Positions 1 to 13,676 are shown, counted from the first letter of the stretch. The stretch: 64,000 bases of DNA from Candidatus Magasanikbacteria bacterium UBA922 (GCA_002293825.1 DBDW01000009.1:26170-90169), one strand, 5' to 3'. Program-made: numbers and translations. The notes: generated by a model from the letters alone, not told the origin.

Positions 1-780
1 CGGCTGATCAAAAATTTCTTTAATCATAAAATGTGGATACCCTTGGGTCTGCGCCTCTGCCTCGCTCCACTCGATGGTCGTCACTTCTTTTTCTACATGC
101 GTATGAGTCTTTGAAAAAGTCTCAAATGAATCTCTAGAAATTACCGCTACTTCCCCATCATCGAGAAACACCATATCAGAAGTATAAGGCAATAATGGCG
201 TCGCATCACTCGCAACAAAATATTCTCCTTTTCCCACCCCAATTACCAACGGACTTCCCATACGTGCGGCGACAATCATATCAGGATGATCAGCATGAAC
301 CACAACAAGACCATACGTTCCTCGTACACGCATGAGTGCAGCCTCAACAGATGAAACAAGGTTTCCAGAATAGAGAGACCCAATCAGATGAGCCAATACT
401 TCAGTATCAGTTTCAGAAACAAACGTAAATCCTTTTTTCTCAAGCTCATCTTTAAGCTCTCTATAATTCTCAATAATTCCATTATGACAGATAGCCAATT
501 TTCCATCGAGAGAAACATGCGGATGCGCATTTTCTTCCGTCACTCCTCCATGCGTCGCCCATCTCGTATGCGCAATCCCAACAGTTCCACTTAAATCAAA
601 ATCTTTCACTTTTTCAGCAAGTGTATCAATCTTACCAACCGACCGCACTCTTTGTATTTTTTGATCATTGATAATTGCAATTCCAGCACTATCATACCCA
701 CGATATTCAAGACGACGTAATCCTTGAATAAGGACGGGTAGTGTATCCTTTTTTCCGATGTATCCAATTATTCCGCACAT
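1..780 (-). CDS. glmS: Glutamine--fructose-6-phosphate aminotransferase, N-terminal part. The gene runs off the window start.
   Basis: Reverse-complement translation from ATG at 778-780 gives MCGIIGYIGKKD..GIAHTRWATHG..., the class II glutaminase domain with an N-terminal Cys nucleophile typical of GlmS. No stop codon before the window edge. Confidence 0.8.
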   Translation of the reverse strand, partial: MCGIIGYIGKKDTLPVLIQGLRRLEYRGYDSAGIAIINDQKIQRVRSVGKIDTLAEKVKDFDLSGTVGIAHTRWATHGGVTEENAHPHVSLDGKLAICHNGIIENYRELKDELEKKGFTFVSETDTEVLAHLIGSLYSGNLVSSVEAALMRVRGTYGLVVVHADHPDMIVAARMGSPLVIGVGKGEYFVASDATPLLPYTSDMVFLDDGEVAVISRDSFETFSKTHTHVEKEVTTIEWSEAEAQTQGYPHFMIKEIFDQP

Positions 781-815
781 ACAATTATTTTTTTACAGTT
801 TCATCTGTAAATTAA

Positions 816-1580
816 TTACACTGTTCGAGCAATTTCCAAATCATCTAGAGTATTAATTCCCATTGCCTCTTTTGGTTCAATAGAAACAGAAGAAAGGTGT
901 TCACCTTCTTCAATTGCCAGTCCAATCAGATCAGTCAAATAGTACTCACCCTGAACATTGGTATTTTTTAATTTTTTCAAACTTTCCCACAACCACGAAG
1001 CTTTGAAACAAAAAAATGATGGATTAAGCTCCAAAATCCCCAACTCAGATTCAGTAGCATCTTTTCGCTCAACAATGCGAAGGATATGTCCATTATCTGG
1101 ATCACGCACAATCCGACCAAAGTTATAAAACGGCTGATACACCCCTTTGAAATGAGGTACCATAAAAGTCATCAGAGTCACTGCATTATCCCGCTCCACA
1201 TGCCGAGAAATCAAACGTCCAAGAGAGTCTGCAGACACAAAAGGCATATCCCCATAGAGCACAATTACATGTGTGACTTTATCTTGAAGCAAAAATTCTG
1301 CCATAGACACCGCATGCCCTGTACCCAACTGTTCCGGCTGAACCACATATTCCGCACGAGATACGAGATAATCTTGTACCATGGTATGTTTGGGAGAAAC
1401 CACAATCACTGGCTTGTGCAACAAACCCAAATCTTCAACATGTTCGACCGCGTGCTCAATAAGAGGCTTACCATGAAGCTCGTGCATTACTTTGGGTATA
1501 TCACTTTTCATGCGTTTTCCTTCTCCCGCAGCAAGAATCACCACTCCCACCTTATCTAATGTTTGATTTGATATAGTCAT
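816..1580 (-). CDS. Sugar-1-phosphate nucleotidyltransferase resembling the GlmU N-terminal uridyltransferase domain. The acetyltransferase left-handed beta-helix (LbH) domain is absent.
   Basis: ORF 816..1640. GVVILAAGEGKRMKSDIPKVMHELHGKPLIEH matches the GlmU/RmlA nucleotide-binding motif. It is only about 255-274 aa. The start is probably the internal M (MTISNQ), which avoids a long overlap with the upstream gene. Confidence 0.6.
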   Translation of the reverse strand: MTISNQTLDKVGVVILAAGEGKRMKSDIPKVMHELHGKPLIEHAVEHVEDLGLLHKPVIVVSPKHTMVQDYLVSRAEYVVQPEQLGTGHAVSMAEFLLQDKVTHVIVLYGDMPFVSADSLGRLISRHVERDNAVTLMTFMVPHFKGVYQPFYNFGRIVRDPDNGHILRIVERKDATESELGILELNPSFFCFKASWLWESLKKLKNTNVQGEYYLTDLIGLAIEEGEHLSSVSIEPKEAMGINTLDDLEIARTV

Positions 1581-2196
1581 ATATTTCTGTAAGTGTTTTG
1601 AAATACGGCACATTACTTTGTTGATAATCTTTTTCATCAATTGATGCTGATTTCTTGAGTACGATATTCAATTGTGGAAACCTATTTTTGATAAGTAATG
1701 TTTCCTCCACCTTATCATTGATAAACCACATTCCATCCTGGAAGGAATTTTCACCAACATCAATTAATTTTTGCATAACATGCTCTTTACTATCCTGAAC
1801 CATGAACATTCGATCAAAATACTCTGAAATACCCGCGCCTTTTACTTTTAATTCTTGAAATCTCACTTCACCAAGACTGAGAAGCACAAGTGATTGTCCT
1901 ATATCCTTAATTTTCTCCAGAAATTCTACCGTATCAGGAAATAGAAACTCCTGCAATTGATCACCCGTAGTTTGTTCAAGTGAAGAGAGTACTTTCTCCA
2001 CAGAATATCCTCGCAAACCAAGTAATTCTGCATGCCACTCATTGGAATAGTTAAACGAATCATTTTTCTTTAAGGCTTCGACATAGGTCTCCTGATAATC
2101 TGATTCAGTAACTCCAATTTTTATCAATGATTCAAGCCGTACTTTTTTGAAATCATGCGTATTAAAAAGCGTATCATCAAAATCAATAATAAACAT
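1552..2196 (-). CDS. HAD-superfamily hydrolase
   Basis: ORF 1552..2259. The DxDxT motif FIIDFDDTLF lies near the N-terminus. The start was chosen at MFIIDFDD so that it abuts the upstream trmB-like gene. Confidence 0.55.
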   Translation of the reverse strand: MFIIDFDDTLFNTHDFKKVRLESLIKIGVTESDYQETYVEALKKNDSFNYSNEWHAELLGLRGYSVEKVLSSLEQTTGDQLQEFLFPDTVEFLEKIKDIGQSLVLLSLGEVRFQELKVKGAGISEYFDRMFMVQDSKEHVMQKLIDVGENSFQDGMWFINDKVEETLLIKNRFPQLNIVLKKSASIDEKDYQQSNVPYFKTLTEIYDYIKSNIR

Positions 2197-2200
2197 ATCG

Positions 2201-2935
2201 CTAAATTTTATCCCACAACGAATCAAATACTGCTTTTTCAGTACGAAAAATTCCTTCATTCTCTATTACTACACCAAGTGGCTGTTTTTTTCTATCAAGT
2301 GAAACAAATGCAGTTTTCCCTGGATAAATAATAATATACGTTGATAATTCTTCACTCGAAGAAAGTTTTTTCCGCTGATCGAGACCTCGCAATTCTCCAC
2401 CCTCACCAATAGCGATTGCTCGAACTGAAATTCCTTTGGCAATCCGTGCATCGCTGAAGGTAGGAAATTGTTCGTACAAAAATTCTTTGACACCTTCAGC
2501 AGAATAAATCCGATACATTTTTTCTTCACTATGCTCACAAGTAAAAAGCACATCTTCAAGAATACTATTCAATTCACCAGCAGGCACATAGCGTGCAACA
2601 GGCCGATCACCACCCGTATGGTGTAATGCAACAAGCTCCGGTATCATTTTCGCCAACTCTTTTTCTGATCGCTCAGCCTCTTGTTTTTGTTCTTGGACAA
2701 GGAATAGAAGCCTGTCTGGATGTTCAGCCACAAAAAACTGTTTAGTATCTTTATGATAAAAACTCACCAACCCCTTATCTTCAAGCCATTTAAGCGCATC
2801 ATATACGCTTCCTCGATTTAACCCTGACTCTTGAGCCAAAGATCGAACTGAACTAGGGCCAAGGGAAAGTAAAGACTGGTAAATTTGGGCTATCTTGTCA
2901 GACATTCCCAATTTTTTAAAAATTTCAATATTCAT
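2201..2935 (-). CDS. TrmB-family HTH transcriptional regulator
   Basis: The N-terminal winged helix (IAQIYQSLLSLGPSSVRSLAQESGLNRGSVYDALKWLEDKGLV) is typical of TrmB-like sugar regulators. Confidence 0.5.
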   Translation of the reverse strand: MNIEIFKKLGMSDKIAQIYQSLLSLGPSSVRSLAQESGLNRGSVYDALKWLEDKGLVSFYHKDTKQFFVAEHPDRLLFLVQEQKQEAERSEKELAKMIPELVALHHTGGDRPVARYVPAGELNSILEDVLFTCEHSEEKMYRIYSAEGVKEFLYEQFPTFSDARIAKGISVRAIAIGEGGELRGLDQRKKLSSSEELSTYIIIYPGKTAFVSLDRKKQPLGVVIENEGIFRTEKAVFDSLWDKI

Positions 2936-3024
2936 ATATATAATAGATTTAGCATAATTTAAAGTATAAAACTTGTCAACTTTTTATCGACAATTATGTT
3001 TATAAGATATGAAATAACACAAAA

Positions 3025-3050
3025 AAACAGCGTATATACGCTGTTTTTAT
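3025..3050 (-). terminator. Rho-independent terminator hairpin downstream of the aldolase gene
   Basis: acagcgtatatacgctgt is a perfect hairpin flanked by T/A runs on both strands. Confidence 0.5.
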
Positions 3051-3063
3051 AGAAAACATTAAA

Positions 3064-4185
3064 TTATGCCACAGTCACTTCTTTACACAAATACACATCC
3101 TGCACTGCATTCAATATTGCAATTCCTTCTTTCAGAGGTTTCTCAAATGCTTTACGACCAAGAATCAGTCCCATTCCTCCAGCGCGCTTATTAATGACTG
3201 CCATTCTAACAGCTTCCTTCAAATCAGATGAACCATTACTCTCTCCACCTGAATTAATAAGCCCAATTCTTCCTGCATAGCTATTGAGCACCTGATAACG
3301 AGCAAGATCAATCGGATGATCACTCGTAAGTTCCGTATACATTCGTTCACTATATTTACCAAAACTGTGCTTACCTTTATTGAGCGCAAGATACCCACCA
3401 TTGAGCGTAGGCAATTTCTGCTTCACAATATCTGCACCAAGAGTAGCTCCAATATAATTCGCCTGCCCTGTAAAATCAGCCGCCTCCTGATAATCAATCT
3501 TACCTACTTTAAAACCAGGGTTTCTTACATAGCACCACAATACCGTAAACATTCCCTTTTCATGAGCATGTGCAAATGCCTCAGAAACTTCAGTAATCTG
3601 ACGCTTTGATTCTGGTGAGCCAAAATAAATAGTGGCGCCTACCCCACGTGCACCCATCTCATACGCCTTGTGCACATTCGAAAACATAATCTGATCATAT
3701 TCATTTGGATATCGAAACAAATCATTGTGATTAAGTTTTACAATAAATGGAATACGGCCAGCATACTTCTTGCTCAAGAGCGCAAGTGTGCCATAGGAAG
3801 ACGCCACAGCATTGCATCCGCCCTCGATTGCAAGTTTTATAATATTCTCAGGATCAAAATAGAGCGGATTCGTAGAAAATCGTGCACCAGCTGTGTGTTC
3901 AATCCCCTGATCCACAGGTAAAATCGAGAGATATCCTGTTTTCTTGAGTCTGCCTGTACTCCTCATACGAATCAAATTGTCAATCACTTTATGCGATCGA
4001 TCTGACGCTGAAAACGTATCATAAAAAAAATGTTTATGAGGAAGATGCAAAGAATCTTTTGAGATTTTAGGATTAGAAAAATTGAGCAAATACTCAGCTT
4101 CATCACCCAAAAGTTCAGTTATTTTTAAAAAATCAAGCATAAAAAAATGATAGTACTCATATACTACCATTTTTTTATAATTCAA
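3064..4185 (-). CDS. fbaB: Class I fructose-bisphosphate aldolase (DhnA/FbaB archaeal-type)
   Basis: [12 protein letters not shown] and the GxG-rich TIM-barrel signature of DhnA-family class I aldolases. Length 373 aa. Confidence 0.65.
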   Translation of the reverse strand: MNYKKMVVYEYYHFFMLDFLKITELLGDEAEYLLNFSNPKISKDSLHLPHKHFFYDTFSASDRSHKVIDNLIRMRSTGRLKKTGYLSILPVDQGIEHTAGARFSTNPLYFDPENIIKLAIEGGCNAVASSYGTLALLSKKYAGRIPFIVKLNHNDLFRYPNEYDQIMFSNVHKAYEMGARGVGATIYFGSPESKRQITEVSEAFAHAHEKGMFTVLWCYVRNPGFKVGKIDYQEAADFTGQANYIGATLGADIVKQKLPTLNGGYLALNKGKHSFGKYSERMYTELTSDHPIDLARYQVLNSYAGRIGLINSGGESNGSSDLKEAVRMAVINKRAGGMGLILGRKAFEKPLKEGIAILNAVQDVYLCKEVTVA

Positions 4186-4215
4186 ACAATGTAAACGTGA
4201 ACAAAAAAGAAGTTT

Positions 4216-4482
4216 TTATTCTTGCTCTTCTACTCGTGCCACCGCCTGAGCCCACATCTCATCAATTTCATATTCAAGTTCCAAATCCTCAGAATGATCT
4301 GCAAACCATTGCTCAAACGCTACTTTCAATTCAGCAACATCAGATGCATTTTCAAGCGCATCTTCGAGTAATGCATATTTTTCTTCATGAGAACGTGCAA
4401 GCCCATCTTCAATTTCTTCAAATGTTTCACGGACATGATCAAGAATAGCGTCTTTTACTGAATCGTAATGAAAATCTGACAT
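4216..4482 (-). CDS. Hypothetical small acidic protein
   Basis: ORF 4216..4509. Same strand as the flanking genes. The protein is highly acidic with no recognisable domain. Confidence 0.3.
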   Translation of the reverse strand: MSDFHYDSVKDAILDHVRETFEEIEDGLARSHEEKYALLEDALENASDVAELKVAFEQWFADHSEDLELEYEIDEMWAQAVARVEEQE

Positions 4483-4581
4483 ACAGATAAAATAGGTTAG
4501 TGTAAGCAAAGCGGGTTACAATATACCACACCACATGAACTTTGCAAGCCCCACACAAATGTGGATAATACGTACCCGTAC

Positions 4582-5496
4582 CTATTGTTGATGTTCTACA
4601 ATCGTGCGCACATTGTATTCAATCATTTCAATATACGAAGATCGAGCACCCGAACCTTCCGGATCCAAAACAGCAATAGAAAGTTCGTTATCTGTAGCAA
4701 ACGTTTCAAGCGCAGAAAGAGAAATCTGTGGCTCACTATAAAGCACCGTAACGCCATGTTCCTCAATTTCTTCTTTTAAATGAAGTATATACTGAGGAGT
4801 TGGCTCTTTCCCAGGAAATGGTTCAACTGTAGAAACAATTTCAAGACCAAAATGATCTGCAAAATATCCAAACGCATCATGAAATGTAATTAATTCTTTG
4901 TGAGAAATGGCGCCAAACATACGCTCCCACTCTACATTCTTACGCGCAAGTTCATCCTTGAAATCAGTTGCACGACGGACAAAATTATCTGCACGTTCAG
5001 GGACGAGCTGTGACAATTCATGTACAACTGTGTCAACCATAATAGAAGCATTCAATGGATTTAGCCAATAATGTGGATCAATGAGCCCATGACTGTGGAT
5101 TTCACCCTCTTCATGATGCATGTCTTCATGTTCATGAAGAGAATCCGACATACGAAGCGAGATCGCACGATCAAGCACGACACGTGACAAGCCAGGCACT
5201 GAAGCGCTAATCGAGGAAACCCATGAATCAAGGCCATGTCCAACCTCAAAAATTAATGAAGCTCCCTGCAAATCTTTGATTGTTGATGGGGTAGGCTCAA
5301 ACATGTGTGGACTCGATCCTGGCGGAAGCACAAGTACCGTCTCCACATCTTCTCCACCCACCACGCGAACTAAATCATAAATCGGAAATATGGTTGCAGC
5401 AACTTTTGGACCCTGAGATGATTCGGGAACAGAATTACATCCAGCACCCATAACTACCAACATGACAATGGATACAAAGATCGTACGAAAATACAT
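4582..5496 (-). CDS. znuA: Zinc/manganese ABC transporter substrate-binding lipoprotein (TroA/ZnuA family)
   Basis: Signal peptide plus Cys (GAGCNS). His/acidic-rich metal-binding loop HEHEDMHHEEGEIHSHG. TroA-like fold motifs. It lies divergent from the zur-znuCB genes. Confidence 0.7.
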   Translation of the reverse strand: MYFRTIFVSIVMLVVMGAGCNSVPESSQGPKVAATIFPIYDLVRVVGGEDVETVLVLPPGSSPHMFEPTPSTIKDLQGASLIFEVGHGLDSWVSSISASVPGLSRVVLDRAISLRMSDSLHEHEDMHHEEGEIHSHGLIDPHYWLNPLNASIMVDTVVHELSQLVPERADNFVRRATDFKDELARKNVEWERMFGAISHKELITFHDAFGYFADHFGLEIVSTVEPFPGKEPTPQYILHLKEEIEEHGVTVLYSEPQISLSALETFATDNELSIAVLDPEGSGARSSYIEMIEYNVRTIVEHQQ

Positions 5497-5524
5497 ATAT
5501 TCACATGATAAATTAATTGTATAA

Positions 5525-5558
5525 AATCATTGCAGCGTGACAAATGATTATGATATTT
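5525..5558. promoter_or_regulatory. Candidate Zur/Fur-type operator palindrome in the znuA / zur-znuCB divergent intergenic region
   Basis: AATCATT-N11-AATGATT inverted repeat followed by AATGATTATGATATT, which resembles Fur/Zur box half-sites. It sits between divergent zinc-uptake genes. Confidence 0.3.
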
Positions 5559-5691
5559 GAAGTGGAAAAACACACATCATTCCAACAACCGTACCGAACA
5601 ATAGTATAATGCAAATCATTTTCAATTGCAAGTAAATTGCTGTGGATAATCAGTTGCAATTTTATACATCGTAGGGTATACTAACATCACT

Positions 5692-6108
5692 ATGTCTCAT
5701 GCATCTGAAAATAAAAATTGGCTCCTCGAAGGTCTCACACACAGAGGATACAAAGCAACAACCCCTCGCAGAGTCTTAACCGAACACCTCTTAAAACACG
5801 AGGGTTTGTTTTGTGCTCTTACGATAGCAACGAAACTTCCAAAACTAGACAAAGTTTCAATTTATCGAACACTTGAAACCCTCAAAGAACTCAATCTCAT
5901 AAACCCTGTCATCAATATTGATGGACAACAATTTTACGAAAAAAGTGAAGAAGATCATCACCACCATATCATCTGTACAACCTGTAAAAAAACCAAATGT
6001 ATTGATTGTTTTCACGAAGAAAAACCTAAAATACCCGGATTCTCAAATATTCGCCACTCATTTATTTTGACTGGTTTGTGTACCATATGCAAAAAAAAAT
6101 CAGCATAA
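5692..6108 (+). CDS. zur: Fur-family metalloregulator, probably the zinc uptake regulator Zur
   Basis: Fur-like winged helix plus C-terminal CxxC..CxxC and a His-rich segment (HHHH). Followed directly by znuC and znuB. Confidence 0.65.
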   Translation: MSHASENKNWLLEGLTHRGYKATTPRRVLTEHLLKHEGLFCALTIATKLPKLDKVSIYRTLETLKELNLINPVINIDGQQFYEKSEEDHHHHIICTTCKKTKCIDCFHEEKPKIPGFSNIRHSFILTGLCTICKKKSA

Positions 6109-6821
6109 AACCATACATTGAAATCAAAGACGTGACCCATCGGTACGGTACGATCACCGTACTTGATCAAATTTCATGTACGATTGAAAAAGGATCACTA
6201 ACAGCGATTCTCGGTCCAAATGGATCTGGAAAAACCACGCTTGTCCGCGCAATCATGGGACTACTCACACCTGACAAAGGTACCATTACAATTAACGGAA
6301 AAAATCCAAAAGAAATGCGTACAAACATCGGATACGTTCCTCAACAACTGCAATTTGACCGAACACTCCCTATTACCGTCAAAGAATTTTTAGAAGTATA
6401 CACCTGTACAAATACACATCATCAACACAAAGATAGTACACACATTCTTGCTGAGGTAGGACTTACTGAACATATACACCAAAAAATTGGAACCCTCTCA
6501 GGTGGACAATTTCAACGCGCCCTGATTGCACGAGCACTACTTCATAAAAAAGATATTCTCATTCTAGACGAACCATCTGCCGCAATTGATGCCGAAGGAG
6601 AGGAAACACTCTATCAAATGATTGAAAAACTAAACCGCGAACACGGAATCACGTGTATCCTTATTTCTCACGATATTACCATGGTACATCGATTTGCGGA
6701 CTCTGTACTCTGTCTCAACAAAGAAAAAATATGCCAAGGCACCCCATCAGACACTATCACACCAGACGTGCTTAAAAAACTCTATGGTTCAGAAATGGGA
6801 ATGTACCATCACCATCACTAG
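6078..6821 (+). CDS. znuC: Zinc ABC transporter ATP-binding protein
   Basis: Walker A GPNGSGKTT, signature LSGGQFQR, Walker B ILILDEP, and a C-terminal His tail. Confidence 0.8.
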   Translation: MYHMQKKISIKPYIEIKDVTHRYGTITVLDQISCTIEKGSLTAILGPNGSGKTTLVRAIMGLLTPDKGTITINGKNPKEMRTNIGYVPQQLQFDRTLPITVKEFLEVYTCTNTHHQHKDSTHILAEVGLTEHIHQKIGTLSGGQFQRALIARALLHKKDILILDEPSAAIDAEGEETLYQMIEKLNREHGITCILISHDITMVHRFADSVLCLNKEKICQGTPSDTITPDVLKKLYGSEMGMYHHHH

Positions 6822-6824
6822 CCT

Positions 6825-7646
6825 ATGCTGGAATTATTTTCCTATCCATTCATGCAACGAGCACTCCTGTCAGGAATCCTAATCTCGCTTATTTTAGGAT
6901 GGTTAGGCACTTTTATTGTCTCGCGTAAAATGAGTTTTATTGGTGACGGAATTGCACACGCATCTCTCGGTGGTATTGCACTCGCCGTGCTCGTAGGTAT
7001 CGCACCCCTGCCAACCGCGCTCATATTCGGAATACTGCTCGCATGTATCTTATTTACCATCGAACAAAAAACTAATATTGGAACAGATTCGGCAATTGGT
7101 ATTATTTTTACTAGCTCACTCGCTCTAGGTATCATGTTGATAAGTTTACATCAGGGATATCAACCAGAATTGATAAGCTATCTCTTTGGCAATATACTTG
7201 CAATCAGTACACACGATCTCGTGATTACCTTAGTTATAAGCACAATCGCACTTATTGCACTCAGTATATGGAATAACAAACTTATCTTTATCACCTTTGA
7301 TAAAGATGGGGCATATTTATCAGGAATTTCGCCCGCTCGATACGATCTCGCTCTCTATATACTTACCGCACTCTCGATTATCTTGAGTGTAAAACTCGTA
7401 GGTGTCATCCTCGTCTCAGCCCTCCTAATCACTCCAAGTGCTACAGCAAAACTAATCGCACCTTCATTTGCTGCATTCCAAAAAATTGCAATTACACTTG
7501 CATGTATGACTACATGTATTGGTCTACTCATGTCCTACTATCTCGACCTCCCTTCAGGGGCAGCAATCATTTTGACAGGATCTTTCATATTCACACTCAC
7601 GCTCCTCGGTAAAAAAATGAAAATGATATATGACAAACAATCTTGA
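6825..7646 (+). CDS. znuB: Zinc ABC transporter permease
   Basis: Polytopic membrane protein of the ABC-3 family. Immediately downstream of znuC. Confidence 0.75.
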   Translation: MLELFSYPFMQRALLSGILISLILGWLGTFIVSRKMSFIGDGIAHASLGGIALAVLVGIAPLPTALIFGILLACILFTIEQKTNIGTDSAIGIIFTSSLALGIMLISLHQGYQPELISYLFGNILAISTHDLVITLVISTIALIALSIWNNKLIFITFDKDGAYLSGISPARYDLALYILTALSIILSVKLVGVILVSALLITPSATAKLIAPSFAAFQKIAITLACMTTCIGLLMSYYLDLPSGAAIILTGSFIFTLTLLGKKMKMIYDKQS

Positions 7647-8415
7647 TCCGATAGTAGTACAATTTGGACCCCTACTAATTCGATGGTACGGACTCATGCT
7701 CGGAATTGGAGTTCTCGCATGCCTCTTGGTGTATTACATATGTAACAAAAAAAATACAGAAAAACTCACCATCATATACGATCTTACAATCTGGCTCATC
7801 ATCGGGGGTCTCCTCGGTGCACGAGTGGGACACATATTCTTTTACAATTTTCCGTATTTTGTAGCAAACCCCAAAGAAATCATATTTATCAATCATGGTG
7901 GACTTTCAAGCCACGGGCTCACAATTGGACTACTCGTTACTGCATGGATGTACCACAAGATAAAAAAGATTGATCTTCGAGAATATCTCGACCTAATGAT
8001 CCTGCCGATTCCTTTACTTGCAGGGTGTATTAGAATTGGCAACTATTTTAATTCAGAAATTATTGGAAAAATTACCAATGTACCTTGGGGAGTGTATTTT
8101 GCTCGAGTTGATTCTGAAATCGTATTTCGCCACCCACAGCAACTCTACGAAGCACTTACCTGTTTCATCATCTTCGGAATCATGTTGTATACCTATAAAA
8201 AAATTCAGCCAAAAAAATCTCAACTTTTCACCTTTTTCTTTTTCCTTTTGATGTATTTTACCACTCGATTTTTACTTGAATTTACCAAAGAACCACACAA
8301 TCTCAAAAACTTCTTTTTGACCACTGGACAGATACTTAGTATTCCTTTTATGATATGGAGTGGGTGGTGGATTTTTACCAATCACAACAAAAATAATACG
8401 TTATCTAAAATTTAA
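7630..8415 (+). CDS. lgt: Prolipoprotein diacylglyceryl transferase
   Basis: IRWYGLMLGIGVL plus conserved HGGL and GxRxGN motifs of Lgt. Confidence 0.7.
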   Translation: MTNNLDPIVVQFGPLLIRWYGLMLGIGVLACLLVYYICNKKNTEKLTIIYDLTIWLIIGGLLGARVGHIFFYNFPYFVANPKEIIFINHGGLSSHGLTIGLLVTAWMYHKIKKIDLREYLDLMILPIPLLAGCIRIGNYFNSEIIGKITNVPWGVYFARVDSEIVFRHPQQLYEALTCFIIFGIMLYTYKKIQPKKSQLFTFFFFLLMYFTTRFLLEFTKEPHNLKNFFLTTGQILSIPFMIWSGWWIFTNHNKNNTLSKI

Positions 8416-8427
8416 TATACGCAAACT

Positions 8428-8832
8428 ATGTCATCATTTATTATTGCCTACATCACAACCTTGATTCCTATGTTAGTCATTGATGCAGTGTGGCTTACCA
8501 CAATGGCACCCCGACTATATCGAGCATACATAGGACATCTACTAGCAGATACACCAAAATTCGGACCCGCAGCACTATTCTACGCACTATACGCACTTGG
8601 AATAACACTATTTGTAGTACTCCCAGGAATACAGGAAAAACAAAGTCTGGTAAAAATATGTATGCATGGAGGTCTCTTCGGCCTTATCGCATACGCTACC
8701 TACGATCTCACCAATCATGCGACACTGAAAAATTGGCCAGCTACAATTACCATCATAGATCTTATATGGGGTACCCTACTTACCGCAACCGTAAGTCTCA
8801 TCGCCGTAAGTATTATAAAACTCTGGCAATAA
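8428..8832 (+). CDS. Small integral membrane protein (DUF2177-like)
   Basis: Four predicted transmembrane segments. No catalytic motif. Confidence 0.35.
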   Translation: MSSFIIAYITTLIPMLVIDAVWLTTMAPRLYRAYIGHLLADTPKFGPAALFYALYALGITLFVVLPGIQEKQSLVKICMHGGLFGLIAYATYDLTNHATLKNWPATITIIDLIWGTLLTATVSLIAVSIIKLWQ

Positions 8833-8839
8833 CACAATT

Positions 8840-9622
8840 ATGAACATACTTATTTCTACATATACTTTCGTCATACCTGTATTACTCATCTACTTCTCGA
8901 GCTGGTTCATCATCTCTCTGATAAAAAAGAGAAATGATGTTGCAGATATTGCATGGGGTCTGGGTTTTTGTGTGGTAGCATGGGCTACATATCAAAAAAA
9001 TCAAGAGATTTTAAGTACTTCAACGATTGTAACCGCACTGGTAACTATCTGGGCACTCAGACTTTCAACACATATTTATCTTAGAAATCGAACAAAAACC
9101 GAAGATTACCGCTATCGTGCGTGGCGTGAAGCATGGGGTAAATGGTTTTATATCAGAAGTTTTTTGCAAGTATTTATACTCCAAGGTTTTTTTCTCCTAA
9201 TCATCTCAACTCCTGTACTTATCGCCAACACACAAAATACTCAAAACGAAAGTATACTACTAAAAATAATTGGTGTGGGTATATGGATAATCGGATTCTT
9301 TTTTGAATCAATTGGAGATAGACAGCTCTCTGTATTTATAAAAAATAAAAGCAACCAAGGAAAAATTCTAACAACCGGACTCTGGAAATACAGTCGACAC
9401 CCAAATTACTTCGGTGAAATCACACAATGGTGGGGATTGTGGATACTTACACTATCACAATCATATGGATTGATCGGTGTGATAGGACCACTGACAATCA
9501 CATTCTTGATCTTAAAAGTTTCAGGAATACCTCTATTGGAAAAAAAGATGGAAGCCAACCCTGCTTTCCAAGCATACAAAGAAAAAACAAGTATATTAAT
9601 TCCTCTTCCTCCAAAAAAGTGA
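8840..9622 (+). CDS. DUF1295 / steroid 5-alpha-reductase-like membrane protein
   Basis: C-terminal GLWKYSRHPNYFGE motif typical of the DUF1295 / ICMT / 5-alpha-reductase superfamily. Confidence 0.55.
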   Translation: MNILISTYTFVIPVLLIYFSSWFIISLIKKRNDVADIAWGLGFCVVAWATYQKNQEILSTSTIVTALVTIWALRLSTHIYLRNRTKTEDYRYRAWREAWGKWFYIRSFLQVFILQGFFLLIISTPVLIANTQNTQNESILLKIIGVGIWIIGFFFESIGDRQLSVFIKNKSNQGKILTTGLWKYSRHPNYFGEITQWWGLWILTLSQSYGLIGVIGPLTITFLILKVSGIPLLEKKMEANPAFQAYKEKTSILIPLPPKK

Positions 9623-9657
9623 TACGTAGACCAATGTAATTAAGTGTGATCAAGATT

Positions 9658-9685
9658 AAAAAAACCACCTGATGATAGGTGGTTT
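9658..9685 (+). terminator. Rho-independent terminator
   Basis: ccacctgatgataggtgg hairpin followed by TTTTT. Confidence 0.55.
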
Positions 9686-9711
9686 TTAGCAATAAAAAAA
9701 CTGAGTACAGA

Positions 9712-9822
9712 ATCTAGGCGCCGACCTACTCTCGCCTTGCGACTACCATTGGCGCTGAAGGGCTTAACTGCCGTGTTCGGGATGGGAACGGGTGGACCCC
9801 CTTCGCAAAAAGCACCTAGATT
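9712..9822 (-). rRNA. rrf: 5S ribosomal RNA
   Basis: The reverse complement contains CCCGAACACGGCAGTTAAGCCC and GGTAGTCGCAAGGCGAGAGTAGG 5S core motifs. A flanking inverted repeat (ctgagtacagaatctaggcg / cacctagattctatactcag) forms a processing stem. Confidence 0.85.
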
Positions 9823-9896
9823 CTATACTCAGTTGAATTGAAAAAGTAACAAGCTGTGTAGTTAACAGTCTTCGAAACACAACTCTGTGTTTCTGT

Positions 9897-13232
<3,336 letters not shown>

Positions 13233-13676
13233 GCAATTGTGTTTCTTGTATATTCAAAGATGCTAACTTACAATTAGATTGCGTTTTCAACCGTAGCTGA
13301 AAAAACGCAATTTGCTTTATTACTTTCATTGGTTTAGTTGTAACGATCACTTATCGCGGAACCTTTCGGCACGCAGTCTTCACAATATACGTATTGTAGA
13401 GGCTGCGGTACAAAAGTTGAAATTGATTTTGAGATAAAAAAAGAACCGCTACAGCGGCTCCAAACATTATCATGTTTGAGTTATCCGCTTGGATACTTAG
13501 AGTAACAACGAGTTGTATCTTGTGTACATCATGTTTTAAATAATGTAGAAGTACGATTGTGTATGTTACCCAGAGGTCCAAGTGATAGATGCGTGTGTTT
13601 TTGGACATGGTTCCGAAATACTTCGGTACTGATCACGCTTGCACATAGTACATTCTTTTTTTGGTGATGTCAAGCG

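Noticed and set aside
4197-4448. Plus-strand 83-aa ORF overlapping the acidic hypothetical protein
   Set aside because: All flanking genes are on the minus strand with tight spacing, and the plus-strand frame is His/Gln-rich low complexity. The minus-strand ORF is kept, at low confidence.
8490-8843. 117-aa ORF overlapping the DUF2177 membrane protein in another frame
   Set aside because: Arg/Thr-rich low-complexity translation of the other frame. The membrane-protein frame has the coherent hydrophobic periodicity.
13240-13676. Possible tRNA or 16S 3' end upstream of 23S
   Set aside because: No cloverleaf could be folded and no 16S 3' end (anti-SD CCTCC region) is present. The region is treated as the rRNA promoter/leader region.
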